In this document: positions 27,590 to 39,071 of the stretch, piece after piece | Layout: every line of letters begins with the position of its first letter | Numbering within the stretch: position 1 is the stretch's first letter | From: Camelus ferus | Taxonomy: Eukaryota | Assembly (NCBI RefSeq): GCF_009834535.1 | Contig: NC_045696.1 | Location: 35,590,001 to 35,654,000, forward strand | Direction of reading: 5' to 3' | Length of the DNA: 64,000 nucleotides | The notes under the pieces: generated by a model | Told to the model about the DNA's origin: nothing | Seen by the model: only the letters and a program-made list of their open reading frames with translations | Databases searched by the model: none | Translations under genes and position numbers: made by a program

Positions 27590-28550
27590 AAGGTTGTTCT
27601 GATGCTAAGCACTAAAGACTCTGAGAAACTTACAATCTAGTGGGAAGACACACTGTTAAGCAAATTGTGTAATTACCACACAATGGGATGGGATAAATAA
27701 GAAGAGAAGGAACAACCACTATACATCAGAACAGAGGAAGGAATTGATTATTGCCTAAGGGACTCAGAAAAAGCTTTATGGGGGAATTATATTAGCAATG
27801 GATTTCTAAGGACAATGAGTAGAAGAGATTTTTCTGGTGGAAAAGGAAAGAGATGAGTTTTCCAGACAGGGAGTATATAGCAAGTACCATTGTAGGCAGA
27901 TGACCAAGGAATTGTCTTTAAAATTTTGCTTTGAAAGGAGAGCAATAAATGATAAAGCTGATATGTATGTTGCAGTCTAATGAGGACTCTTAAATGATAA
28001 TGCAATGAATTTCAAAGTACATATCCTCTTGTCATCCACAGTTTTCCATATGAACAGTCTTAAGAGTTTTCTGATATCAAATTCTTAAAAATATAGATTC
28101 CTAGACCTTTCCTTTGAAGCTTATTTTTTAGTTAACTGGTTTAGGAAAACTGATGTGAAATTGTTAGATTTTGAAGGAGAGGAGGGTTAATAGCTCACTT
28201 GCTTTGTAAAATGATAAATCATCAAAATGTGTAGAAAATTAAAGGAAAGGTTCTGGAAAGATTGAGAGGAAAGGCACAGAATCCAGTGCTGGTGAAAGAC
28301 GGCAAGGATTTGAACTGAAGCAGGTCTGGAAAATTAGAACTGGGTAGAAAGAAAATTCAGCAGCTTTCAGATGCTGAAGTTGATTGGCTTGCAGGGTTCT
28401 TGGTGAGGGAGAATATATAAAGAAGTGTAACTCTGAAATTTCAACTGTTTGGGCTGTAAAAATGGTGCGTCCTGGGACCAAAACAGGAAATTCCGGAGAA
28501 CAACATGTTGGGGAAATCAGGGTAGGGGTGGGGAGATGGAGAACATTAAG
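27590..28550 (-). mobile_element. Degraded LINE-2 (possibly interrupted by a MER5 fragment near 28050-28150)
   Basis: ACTTACAATCTAGTGGGAAGACA, CAGAAAAAGCTT and TGAAATTTCAACTGTTTGGGCTG are antisense L2-like phrases. Boundaries are approximate. Confidence 0.55.
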
Positions 28551-29799
28551 CTAGGAAGGATTATGTTCTTTCAAACCCGAGTGTTTCTGGATTTAATAGA
28601 AATGTTCACTTCTGAAAAAACTGAGACGGAAATGTTCTTAAGTGGGCATTATAATGAATGGTACAAAAAAATAAGAGAGAATGCTTTTAAAGGCATGCCG
28701 GATTCAAAGGAAAAGTCTTTCAACCATTTACTACATGATATTTTCCCATGGAGATAATTTTTAAAAGCTTTGGCTCACTTAGAAAAAGAAATACTGAGGC
28801 CTTTTTGTTATTACTTTAACTTGTCCAGTCTCTAAACCACAGAGATACCTCAGAGGTTCATTAGAAATTCCCAAACCCAGAAAGAGGAAAGTCCCAATAA
28901 AAACAAATGAACCAAACCAGATCCTTGAGGAGTTGAATTTTGAAGTTTTGACTTCCTGATTCTAAGGATGGGTCATATTTTAGTTGCAGAATAATGGTAA
29001 ATGTAGCTTAAAAACACCATAGTTAAAATAATGAATCCCTTCCATGTCTGTCAGTAGATTTGGCACGCACAAGGACTGTGTGATTCAAATACACATTGTG
29101 AACTACACAAGCCCCATCTCTAACCAGATCCCTTTACAAAGGAACCTTTCTTAGCCTGACATCTTCGCTTCCCCGTTGTGATTTGCTTTTCCATTATTGC
29201 ATTAGATGCAGTCAGTGGCTCAGGTTTTGTTGACAATGAGAGACAATCTCTTCCTCTTCCTCTATAAATAAATAACCCAGTGTTCAGTTATGAACTATCA
29301 ACAGTTATACTTCTCTGTCTGTCCTCTGGACTCATTGCATGTCTCTGATTCAAGAGATTGCCATTACAGTGGTCTGGAAGGAAGAAAATACTCAAGGAAT
29401 AATTCAACCCTCGGTTGCCAAAAAGTTATGTCTCCTTAGAAGAGAAATTGAAAAGCATTTTGATACCAGCTTTCACAAAACCCATATTACTAGCGACCAT
29501 GGAGTGAAAATACCTGTTGAATCCTATGTCATGACCTAAGAAAAGTTTTAAAGAGGAATGCATTGACAGAGCCGTGAGCAAGTTCACTGTGACATCACAA
29601 GTTAAGAAATTTTTTAGCATTTGGAGTCTTCAGGACTTCATGGTGCCGAGTAAGTTTAGAAAAATTTCCCAAAGGATGATTAACTCTGTGACTTATGGGC
29701 CTCTTGTTCCCTCCCAGCCTTCTTGTATTTGTATTCTTATAAGAAATATTTCAATTAAAAATAAATTTCACCCATAGAATGACTCTCTCACAAAACTTC

Positions 29800-30115
29800 A
29801 TGGTGATTATCAGAAATATTCTCCTGAGCAAAAGAAACCTGACATAGGAAAAAAAAATACTATATGATTCCATTCATATAAAACTCTAGAAAAGACAAAT
29901 TGAATCTGTAGTAACAGAAAACAAATTAGTTATTGCCCATAGCCTGAAGTAGAAGGATTGCTTGGGATATGGTACAAGGAAACGTTTTGGGGTGACAGAA
30001 ATATTCTTTATCTTGATTATGATGGTGGTTACAGAAGTTTTGGATCTGTCAAAACTCATTGGAGTGTACATTTACAATGGAGTCTATTATATTGTTTGTA
30101 AATTACATTATAGTG
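29800..30115 (+). mobile_element. Old L1M (MC/MD/ME-type) 3' end
   Basis: TACTATATGATTCCATTCATATAAAACTCTAGAAAAGACAAA...TTTTGGGGTGACAGAAATATTCTTTATCTTGATTATGATGGTGGTTACA...TGTCAAAACTCAT. Confidence 0.85.
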
Positions 30116-31136
30116 TATGTAAATTGCAGGATTTATATAGCTTCCTGGAATGTAAGCTGTGAGAAAGCATAGATTTGGGGGATTTTTTGTCTTCTGTAGT
30201 AACCCCAATTCCTGGGACAGTCCTTCAGTGTCTACCACATTGTGCATTTGATGAATGAATTGGTAAATCTGATAGACATCTGAATTGAATAAACGTAAAC
30301 ATTTCCTTTTCAGTAATTTTTCCTACAAAAAAATAAATTTCACTTTACCGAGTACATCATATCTCCTTATTTTCACAAGGACACATGTATTGGGTTGAAC
30401 CCAGAACAAAAGATAAGGATCAAATATTTACTCCCTCTCAAATACCAACCCAACAAAAATGTATTTTAACACTAAGACATTATTTTAAAGACAGTCACTG
30501 TCTTACTAAAAGTTATTTTTCTACTAATTTAATTTTTCTTCTTACCAGTTCTCTATTTTTTTTCCCTGCAAAACTGTCCATTTACTAAACTGTGTAAATT
30601 CCTGGACCCATTTCATAGCAGCCTACTTAGTCATTAACTTCTTCCTATTAATAAGAGAATCCTTTTAATAATACATCATTTAAGATATGTAAAAGAATCA
30701 CCAGAATAAAATTCTAAATCTTAGGCTATTGGAGTATTCACAGCATCTGCTATTTTAGCACATACACCAGCATTTTGCAGGGAAAAACTGTGCCTCCCCT
30801 TAATAAGTAACTTTTCACTCGACTTTTGAGCATTTCTCTAATCTTATAATTGTTTTTAATCCATGTAACTATTACCCAACACTCTTTAAAATCACAAATT
30901 TAAAAAACAGGGGAATGAGAATAAAATAAATCAAATGTATTATATGATATACATTGCAGTATCACATTCTTTATAAAAGAAAAATAAGAAATTTCCATGA
31001 ATTTTGAAAATTAATACTTTAATAACCAAAAAAAAACCCCATATATCTGTTTCTCATAAATATTACAAATTATAACACAACACATGAGCAAGTCTGGATA
31101 AATTATACTTCAAGACATGAATTAAAAAGTGTTCTA

Positions 31137-31334
31137 TAGAATAGATAAACAAGATTATACTGTGTAGCACAGGGAAATATACATAAGATCTTATGGTAAC
31201 TCACAGAGAAAAAATGTGACAATGAATATATATATATGTTCATGTATAACTGAAAAATTGTGCTCTACACTGGAATTTGACACAACATTGTAAAATAATT
31301 ATAAATCAATAAAAAATGTTTAATAAATAAATAT
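31137..31334 (+). mobile_element. 5'-truncated young LINE-1 with perfect 11-bp TSD
   Basis: L1 3'UTR (ATAGATAAACAAGATTATACTGTGTAGCACAGGGAAATATA...CAATAAAAAATG) flanked by AAAGTGTTCTA at 31126-31136 and 31335-31345. Confidence 0.9.
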
Positions 31335-34038
31335 AAAGTGTTCTAGAAAAACTTTTAGAAAACATGGATGCAGGGGAGTGCCCATGGAATTCATCCCTTT
31401 CTGCAGTATGTTTTATTATGTCTTAAAATTATTTATTAGGGGAGAGAAAAACAATTTCTGTGAATTATTTATTAATATTAAAATATTGATGAGCATTACC
31501 TAAATGTAATGGGATTCCAGTTGGTGCATTGGATTGAAACTGCTGAAACACAGCCAGCACAAGGGGCGTGTATTAAAAGAGCAGAACAAATGACTTAACA
31601 GGGGCCTAAAAGCAGCAATCAGAAAAGGTTCATTTAACTTAGAGATGGCACAAGCTTCGAGCAATTGCCTCTACTTAAGTAAGTGTGGAATTACAAAAGG
31701 CTATTTATTACAGTCCAACAGGGCCCTGCAGCTTGCTCAAAGACCTTTGAAGAATTTTCGACAGTTATAAAGCCTCGCTCAGCGCAGGAGCAGTAGAACT
31801 TAGGCAGATCCCCAAAAGAGCCTGGAAAGCTTTCATTAAAAAGTTAACACGATCTTCTTCACAATTGCTCTTGAAAATGAATTATTTTCTCTCTCTTTTT
31901 TTAAGGAGAGATGCTATACCTAGTAATTTTCAAAACTTCTTTGAAAATGTGCTTTAATTGTTAAGAAAAATAAACCAGTTTCACAGTGATATGGAATGAA
32001 TGGAGGGTCTCCATGGATTTACTAAGAAAGTGTTCCAACATTCAGCCACTTTGACACGCTCTGTAAGCATACATTAGAAGTTACTCTATTAATGGATTTT
32101 CTGCAGGAGGAAATTGGTGGAATTTCTCTATTTTTTTGGTAAAAAAAGGAAAAATTGGTTCTAAGGACATTGAAGCTGAAATTATTCTATTAGTGATTGG
32201 ATAATAAATTGATTTTTCTAAGTATTAGGGTAAATTTAAAAAATAATTATTAAAAATTTAACGTATCTGTTATTTGTTTCTAACTCAGTGACATGTTTAT
32301 AAACACTGGATATGTTTATAAAATTTCAACTAAATATAACCAAAATAACTTATCTTTTGCTTAGAATCTATTTCAGAGCAGCAAACTGCCTCGGAGTGAG
32401 GGTTGAGAGTGTTGTGAGCCGAGTTTGGGAAATAAAACAATAATATTGAATAGATAAAAAGCAAACATAAAAGGTAAATGATGTTAAGTTACATGGAAGG
32501 ATGTTGATTGTTAATGGGAGCAAAATGTGAATAAGAAGATGAATTTACTTTTCCATCAGAAAAGCAACACCTACATTTTTCTTTGGAAAAGGTTATGTAA
32601 TCATTCCCAGGCCATTAACGTAGTGAGGCTTTAATTACAAAAATTTATAAGAAGATATTACAAATAACAGAAATAGAAGGATGGAAACTTTATTGCAATA
32701 GATACTTTGTTTAGCTTTACACTTTCCAAAGAAGTGTCACAAGGCAAGCTTACTGAAAGCTCTGTTTTTAAGTGAAGAATAAAAATGAAAGGCATTTGTA
32801 GACAGGAACAATTTAAATGAGAGATTGAATGCAAAAGTTTGGCGAATGATAATCATAGAAACATCAGGTCAACAGATAGGGAAGATGTACTGCTAGATGT
32901 TGTTGGGAATATGAATAAACCAGGTGCTAACAGTCCTTGATTTGAGAAAAAGATCTATTAAAAAATAGGTCCCTTTAGGAATGAAAACAATTCAACAGTT
33001 AATGTGCCTAAGAATTCTTGATTTTTATTTGTTTCATGTTTGTAAGTTATTTTGCTGCATTCCTTTAGGGCAGAATGCCACTGCGCCCCACACTGAGGTA
33101 TTTTGGTTGGCCAGTGTACCAAGACTGAGATTTGAAACCAAAAGTGCATTGATGGATAGTATGTATTTTTCTTTTTAATGGAAGGATTTCAAGTAAGATA
33201 TCACTTAAAACACATTTAATCTTCCATTTGAAATGTTACTGACCCTATGATATCTGATCCAAACAGATGTTTTTTTATTCGTATTCTATACTTTTGATAA
33301 TGCATAGCAAAACGTAGCAAATACAGAGTCACTGCTCAGTAAGATATCTCAAAATAAATAGAAAGAGGTGACACAAATTGCACTCATTACTGGGTACTTC
33401 TGACAAAAATTTTTTTTTAAGAAGTAAAAATGTAAAAGCAGAGATTGTTGTTTCCTGATATGTATTTTTTATTCATGAGAGATTTTTGTCAGAAGTCAAG
33501 GTCTACTATAATGTGTCCTAAATCCTATCTATTTTATGATACACTAAATATTACTATTACCTATGGATACCATGGGACTCTGGGCGTAATGGATTCCAGT
33601 CCTCTTACAGAGTTGCATATGAAAATGTTATCAATGAGCTGAAGAATCTGGCATTAATAACTTTGCAACATTGTAACAAATAGGTACTCCTGATGTTTTG
33701 TTCTTTTTTTAATACATCAAATATATTTCATTGCTTACATTATAGTAGCAGATTGAAAACATCTGCTCACTTGCCACTACTCCACCAGCAGCTGAAAATC
33801 TCAGCTCATTTTCCATAGGCTTGTGTGTACCAGGGCTATAATCCAGCTGCTGAGGCTTGATATGGGGCCAGATTAATACTCACAAGCCTTTGAAATGGAA
33901 ATAGTGCTTTCTTGACAAAGATTAGAACAATGATAGACTCCATTTGTTTGTTCCCGTCCCTCTCCGCTCTTCTTTACCACCCTTCCCAACCCGATTAATC
34001 TGCCTTTTCCCATCGTCCCTCCCTTCCTCTCTTTACAG

Positions 34039-34163
34039 CTCCATCACCTGTCATGACGATTAAGAAAGATCGGACTTCCAGAAACAGTATTTCTCTATCC
34101 TGGCAAGAACCTGAACACCCTAATGGAATCATATTGGACTATGAGGTCAAATACTATGAAAAG
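34039..34163 (+). CDS. EPHA3: EPH receptor A3, coding exon 6 (125 nt; start of second FNIII domain)
   Basis: ttacag|CT...AAG|gtggga. Translates (A)[41 protein letters not shown]; phase 1 to 0. Confidence 0.97.
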
Positions 34164-36958
34164 GTGGGAGATAATGTTAAAGGGCTGAGTTGTCTTACCT
34201 TCTCATCAGTGTGCTCTTGCAAAGAAACGAGTGGCATTGCTGGGAAGTGAGAGCTCTGTTTAGAATTCTGGTCATGGGACACCTTTGATTTATATAGAGA
34301 GGGGTGTTTAGAAATCATTGTGTCAGATATTCTTCAGCAAAAAGCCATAGCAAAGTTGTCACTACCAAATTTTAAGCTATCAAGTTGTGGTATGACAGAT
34401 GACAATTGTGTCCTTCCTCGCTGAAACCCCTGTTATACCAGCTGTTATCTAGTGATTCCTTCCTATTGATGAACCATTCCTTAGTTCATTGCTTTAAGCA
34501 TCATTCGCTGACCTTCACACTCAGATAAATTTCATTCAATACAGATAGGAACCTTGAACTAATAACAAAACCAATGTATTATTGAACTGATGATGGAAAG
34601 ATTGCTTGACTTGTTACAAGGAAATTAAGAAGGTGGGAGTGGATGGATACGTTTGCCTCACATCATAAAATTGTGGTTCAGTAATATAATGATAAAAAAT
34701 AGGCACACAATTATTTATAAGTAGAATATAGGCCGTGATATTTCATACTCTAAATAGCACTTATTTCTCCCTGGATATAAATTATGGTGAGATTTGAAGG
34801 CAAGATGTATTCAAACGTTATCATTAGAACTCAGTGATTTTATAGCTACTGATATGAACACAGCATATTTGTGTATCTGCTGCCATTTACAAAATATTTT
34901 AAAGTGAACTAAAAGCAAATCGTATGTTTGTATAGTTTCTATTTACACAACACTTCAGCATACGTTATTTCGAGCTGTCTGATAATCTGATGATAGTAGG
35001 CAGATAGGTTCTTTTATAAGTAAGGAAACTGAGAGTCAGTGGCATTATTTGAATTTCTCACAACCTCACAGCTGTTAAACATTAGATTTCTGTTTGAACT
35101 CTGGCAGCCATGACTCCTCGGGTAGTATGATTTCCCCTGTACTGCATATGTCCCGCTAATGAAGAGGGATCATTAGAGACGTGAGAATTAGTGATATGGT
35201 CAGTTGTGCAAAAAGACACAATGCATTCCTTTGCATCATGTAGTTATTCTGTTCATCGAAGTTAATGTATTTCACAAGTGTGATGCCATTTTTCTCAAAC
35301 TGCCCCCTACAGGGAAAAAGGTATGTCTCTTTCATTAAAAGAAAGTGAAATCTAGTAAACCTCACTGTGCCAAAATCATTCTCCAAATAAATGATCTCCT
35401 AGCTTTCAGTGATCCACTGTGGTATCATCAGATGCTCGTTTGATCGTGATCTTCCATTTTTAAGTGTTACAAGATGGACTGGGCAAATATAAGAATCCAT
35501 GTTTTATAGATGATGATGCAACAAAATAAAAAGGCAATTAATGATACAACTCAGTTTAGACTGGATAGGAGAACCAGGGAACACCCAACTCTTAGATCTA
35601 TGGAGCTAATTCAAAAATACTATTCATCTCCATTCATATCTTTCACAAACATAAAAAGTTTTCTGAGCTTATTTCAGATTCCACCAACAAAGCACAATAT
35701 GCATCCTTATTTTAAAACAATATTAATCAGTACAGGAAACAAATGGCTGAACCTTTTTATTATTCCCTAAGCATTTTAAACTTGATGCATACCTATGTGT
35801 AACATCATTTTTATATACTTTATAGAATTACTTTTTTATATCATGCATTCATATATTCAGAAGTATTTCCAAATATACATATGATGCTTGGAAATATTTT
35901 GGAATATATTGGAATTTAAGCTCTGCAAGGCCTAGCTTTCTTGACTGTTCAGTTCATTAGTGATGATGTTGAACAGAAGCAAGTTCTGGGGATATGCCTA
36001 ACACTCTTTTCACACATGAAATAATCATTTCTCTAAAATAAATATATTTGTCCCTCTTCCTTATTTAACATACTAATTCAAATGCTGTTTGATACATAAT
36101 CGGTATCTCTTAAAAGTATCTGTAATGCATATTTTTTCTGTAATATTCTGTATAGTTTTGGTTGAGAATATGCGTTGTTCTATATCACAGACTCCCGACC
36201 CCACCCCACATGCAGCAACATTTCACCATTATTTGAAATTAGGTTACCCACAAAGTGCTCAGTGTGTATTGACGTGTGTTAGAGGAAAAACACAGTTCTG
36301 TGTAAATCCAATTTTTGTAAACAAGGCTTGACACAAACAGTCTTTATAATTAATGTGCAGTGTGAATCTTCCGATGTACAATGTGAATCCTTTTGGGAAA
36401 ATTTCTAGACTTTTATCTGAAGATTTTTGTCTCTACTAAGCCACGGTGACTTAGATTAAATACAGTGCGAATGTAGTTGATGCTAAGAAAGTTATTAATG
36501 TAGAACTCTGCATAAAACCTGGGCCTTTTTAAGTTTAATATCTTATAATTGATAGAAATATTTTCTGAGAATCAGTAGGACATTCCTGTTAAGTTTAATT
36601 CAAAGGGGCATTTTCCTCTTTGAGAGTTTATTCTTGGAATTAGACTGAAGGTTTCACTCAGTTGTGGCTTTGAAGAGAACATATTTTCATCCATATATTA
36701 ATTGGTAAGACTGAAAACTAATTTTTCCTGCCTATGTACAGGGCACAAATTATTTATCCAAGTTAGGAAATTCTGTAAATTGTTTTAGCTTAAAAATGCC
36801 TCTAGGTTACATTTAGAGAGTTAAATGATTGTCATCTCTTTTATCAGTCCTATGATCTGAGTTAAAATCCAGAAGAACTGGTTTTGAGTGGCTCACTTTT
36901 TTACCATTTGATAGCGTTAGGAAGGTTTGATTTTAACATGATTTTTCTTACCTCAAAG

Positions 36959-37121
36959 CAGGAACAAGAGACGAGTTACACCATTCTCAGGGCAAGAGGC
37001 ACGAATGTTACCATCAGTAGCCTCAAGCCTGATACTACATATGTATTCCAAATCCGAGCCCGGACCGCCGCTGGATATGGGACCAACAGTCGCAAGTTTG
37101 AGTTTGAAACTAGTCCAGATT
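36959..37121 (+). CDS. EPHA3: EPH receptor A3, coding exon 7 (163 nt; rest of second FNIII domain)
   Basis: tcaaag|CAG...GAT T|gtacgt. Translates [54 protein letters not shown]; phase 0 to 1. Confidence 0.97.
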
Positions 37122-37195
37122 GTACGTATTTTCTCAATATAGTGTATGGTGGGAGGGCTGTTGCAAATGTGTCTGATAATTCATTCTCACTCTAA
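37122..37195 (+). CDS. EPHA3: Putative intron-7 read-through coding extension of the secreted EphA3 isoform
   Basis: The frame stays open past the donor: [24 protein letters not shown] then TAA (37193-37195). Its start resembles the human short-isoform tail as I recall it (CMYYFNAV). Confidence 0.6.
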
Positions 37196-37987
37196 GTTTT
37201 AACCAAGTGTTTTACATTGAAAATATATTGCTTGAGGACATTTAATAATTGTGCATAGCATTGGGACTGTGTCCTTGTGTTTGTGTAAGTGTACATCATT
37301 TTTTTTTCTCTTTTACAAATCAAACATATTCTAATGCCTGGAATGATTCTGGTCTTCTATTGGCTATAAATTGCTTTGAGGAACATTATTTAATATAATC
37401 ACATTTTAACTTCCAGTACCTGTTAATCCAAATATTCTACGTTCATTGCATGATTCAATGAACTACAAAAAAGAAACTTGCTGATCCATGAGGAACTTAA
37501 TATTTTAATCCTTAACACAGTTAATCTTGTATCACTTGGAGATTAAGGATTTTCTAAAACCTGATTCATCACCTCATTCACATTCACAAGCAATTTGAAT
37601 AGCCCTGTGTCTCTGACACCAAATTTGTCTGAAATTGGCAAACATTTTCCCCAAGACATTTTGCTTTTCTTCAAATGCATTTGCTTCATATTAGAAGAGC
37701 CCCTCTGCTAAAATATAATTTTCAAAAAGGCAAAATCATAGCTGTGGTACTAATGTAAAATAAAAACCAGTTAAAGATTTTATTTAACTTATTAATTAAT
37801 GAAGAGACTAGTAAGAGATTAAATGATTTAAAGGGAAATTTGAAGAACAGATACATACACACATATATATACACATTTGTGTATGTTTGTGTGTGTCTTT
37901 GTGTATGTGTGTATGCATATGTAGACAATCCAGAATACTTAAACAAATTGATTAATTTGTCCAAAACTGGTTAATATACTATAGGAC

Positions 37988-37993
37988 AATAAA
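37988..37993 (+). terminator. Candidate intronic polyadenylation signal for the secreted isoform
   Basis: AATAAA about 800 nt after the read-through stop. Another AATAAA lies at 37759-37764. Confidence 0.4.
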
Positions 37994-38162
37994 TATACTG
38001 ATTGATGTCATCTCTTGTAATGCACACAAACTAATCATATCTCTAGTGAATTTATCACTCTAACTGTAATGAGAAGGATTATTTATATCACTATCCATTG
38101 TCCGCAACTAACTTCACAGCTGTTAAAACAGGCTAGAAAGACAATCAAAGATAAACATCCTT

Positions 38163-38317
38163 GTAGGGAGACTATAGCTATATACAGTGGTAGAGCGCAT
38201 GCTTAGCATGAATGAGGTCCTGGGTTCAATCCCCAGTACCTCCGTTAAAATAAATAAATAGCCTAATTACCTCTCCCCACCCCACAAAAGAAAGGAAAAA
38301 AATTAAAAAAAAAAAAA
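38163..38317 (+). mobile_element. tRNA-Ala-derived SINE (vic-1-like, camelid)
   Basis: tRNA-like head CAGTGGTAGAGCGCATGCTTAGCATG..GAGGTCCTGGGTTCAATCCCCAGTACCTCC (B box GGTTCAATCC), AT-rich spacer, CCTAATTACCTC and poly(A). TSD AAAGATAAACATCCTT (38147-38162) / AAAGATGAACAACCTT (38318-38333), 14/16 identical. Confidence 0.9.
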
Positions 38318-38743
38318 AAAGATGAACAACCTTTAGAAACAGATATCCAGGGAGAGTCTGACAATGCCCAGCCCTCCACTGAAAGGAAACCCAATATTCT
38401 CTTTTGACGGTTCCAATTTTACCATTTTTCCCTGGCATGTATATTTTCCATTTTCTAAATATTTTATTAATAATATAAAATCACATTGTTGTTGATATGC
38501 TAATATTTTATGCCCAAACTTCATATCTCATTGAAACATTCCAGATTAATAAAAACTGTTAATATGATAGAATAAATATTTTATGACATGCTTTTTATCT
38601 GACAAATGCTGCTTAAAATAACAATCACTACCTTCTGCAAGGTACTGAGAATCTAGTGTTCTTAGAAATTATCAGCTCACAGCTGACACATGGCAGTCCT
38701 GCTACCAAAGGAAAGTTGTCGTCTTCAAAAGCACAAATTTATA

Positions 38744-39071
38744 CAATTGGTCCTCTGGATCCGTGGGTTCAGCCAACCTTGGATGGCAGATATTGGAAAA
38801 AAAAGTTCCAGAAAGTTTCAGAAAGCAAAACTTGAATTTGCCATAAGCCGGAAACTATTTAGATGATGTTTATATTGTATTTACAGCTATCTACACAGCA
38901 TTTACATTGTGTTAGGTATTATAAATAATGTAGAGATGGTTTAAACAATGTGGCAGGCTGTGCTTTGTATGCAAATACTGCACCATTTTACATAAGGGAC
39001 TTCAGCATCCTCAGATTTTGCTATCCGTGCGAGTCCTGAAGCCAGTCCCCCTTGGCTATGAGGGACCATTG
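38744..39071. mobile_element. MER2/Tigger-family (TcMar) non-autonomous DNA transposon
   Basis: Imperfect TIRs CAATTGGTCCTC...GAGGGACCATTG with TA on the left and TG on the right. Internal GCATTTACATTGTGTTAGGTATTATAA..TAGAGATG..TGCAAATACTGCACCATTTTACATAAGGGACTT. Confidence 0.88.

Larger units (their letters stand above)
1..34038 (+). other. EPHA3: EPHA3 intron 5 (3' part; upstream exons lie outside the window)
   Basis: No Eph-like coding sequence seen before 34039. It ends in a long polypyrimidine tract and TTTACAG acceptor (AG at 34037-34038). Confidence 0.85.

Noticed and set aside
34164..34250. Exon 6 read-through extension ([10 protein letters not shown]...)
   Set aside because: It would truncate mid-FNIII domain. 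I know of no such isoform, and an open stretch of this length is expected by chance.
36353..36392. Short two-copy direct repeats (also near 18430, 32295, 58391)
   Set aside because: Only two degenerate copies each; ordinary slippage duplications, not arrays.
38163..38243. Functional tRNA-Ala gene
   Set aside because: The A box/D arm is disrupted and the acceptor stem is imperfect. A SINE body, poly(A) and TSD follow, so it is a SINE.
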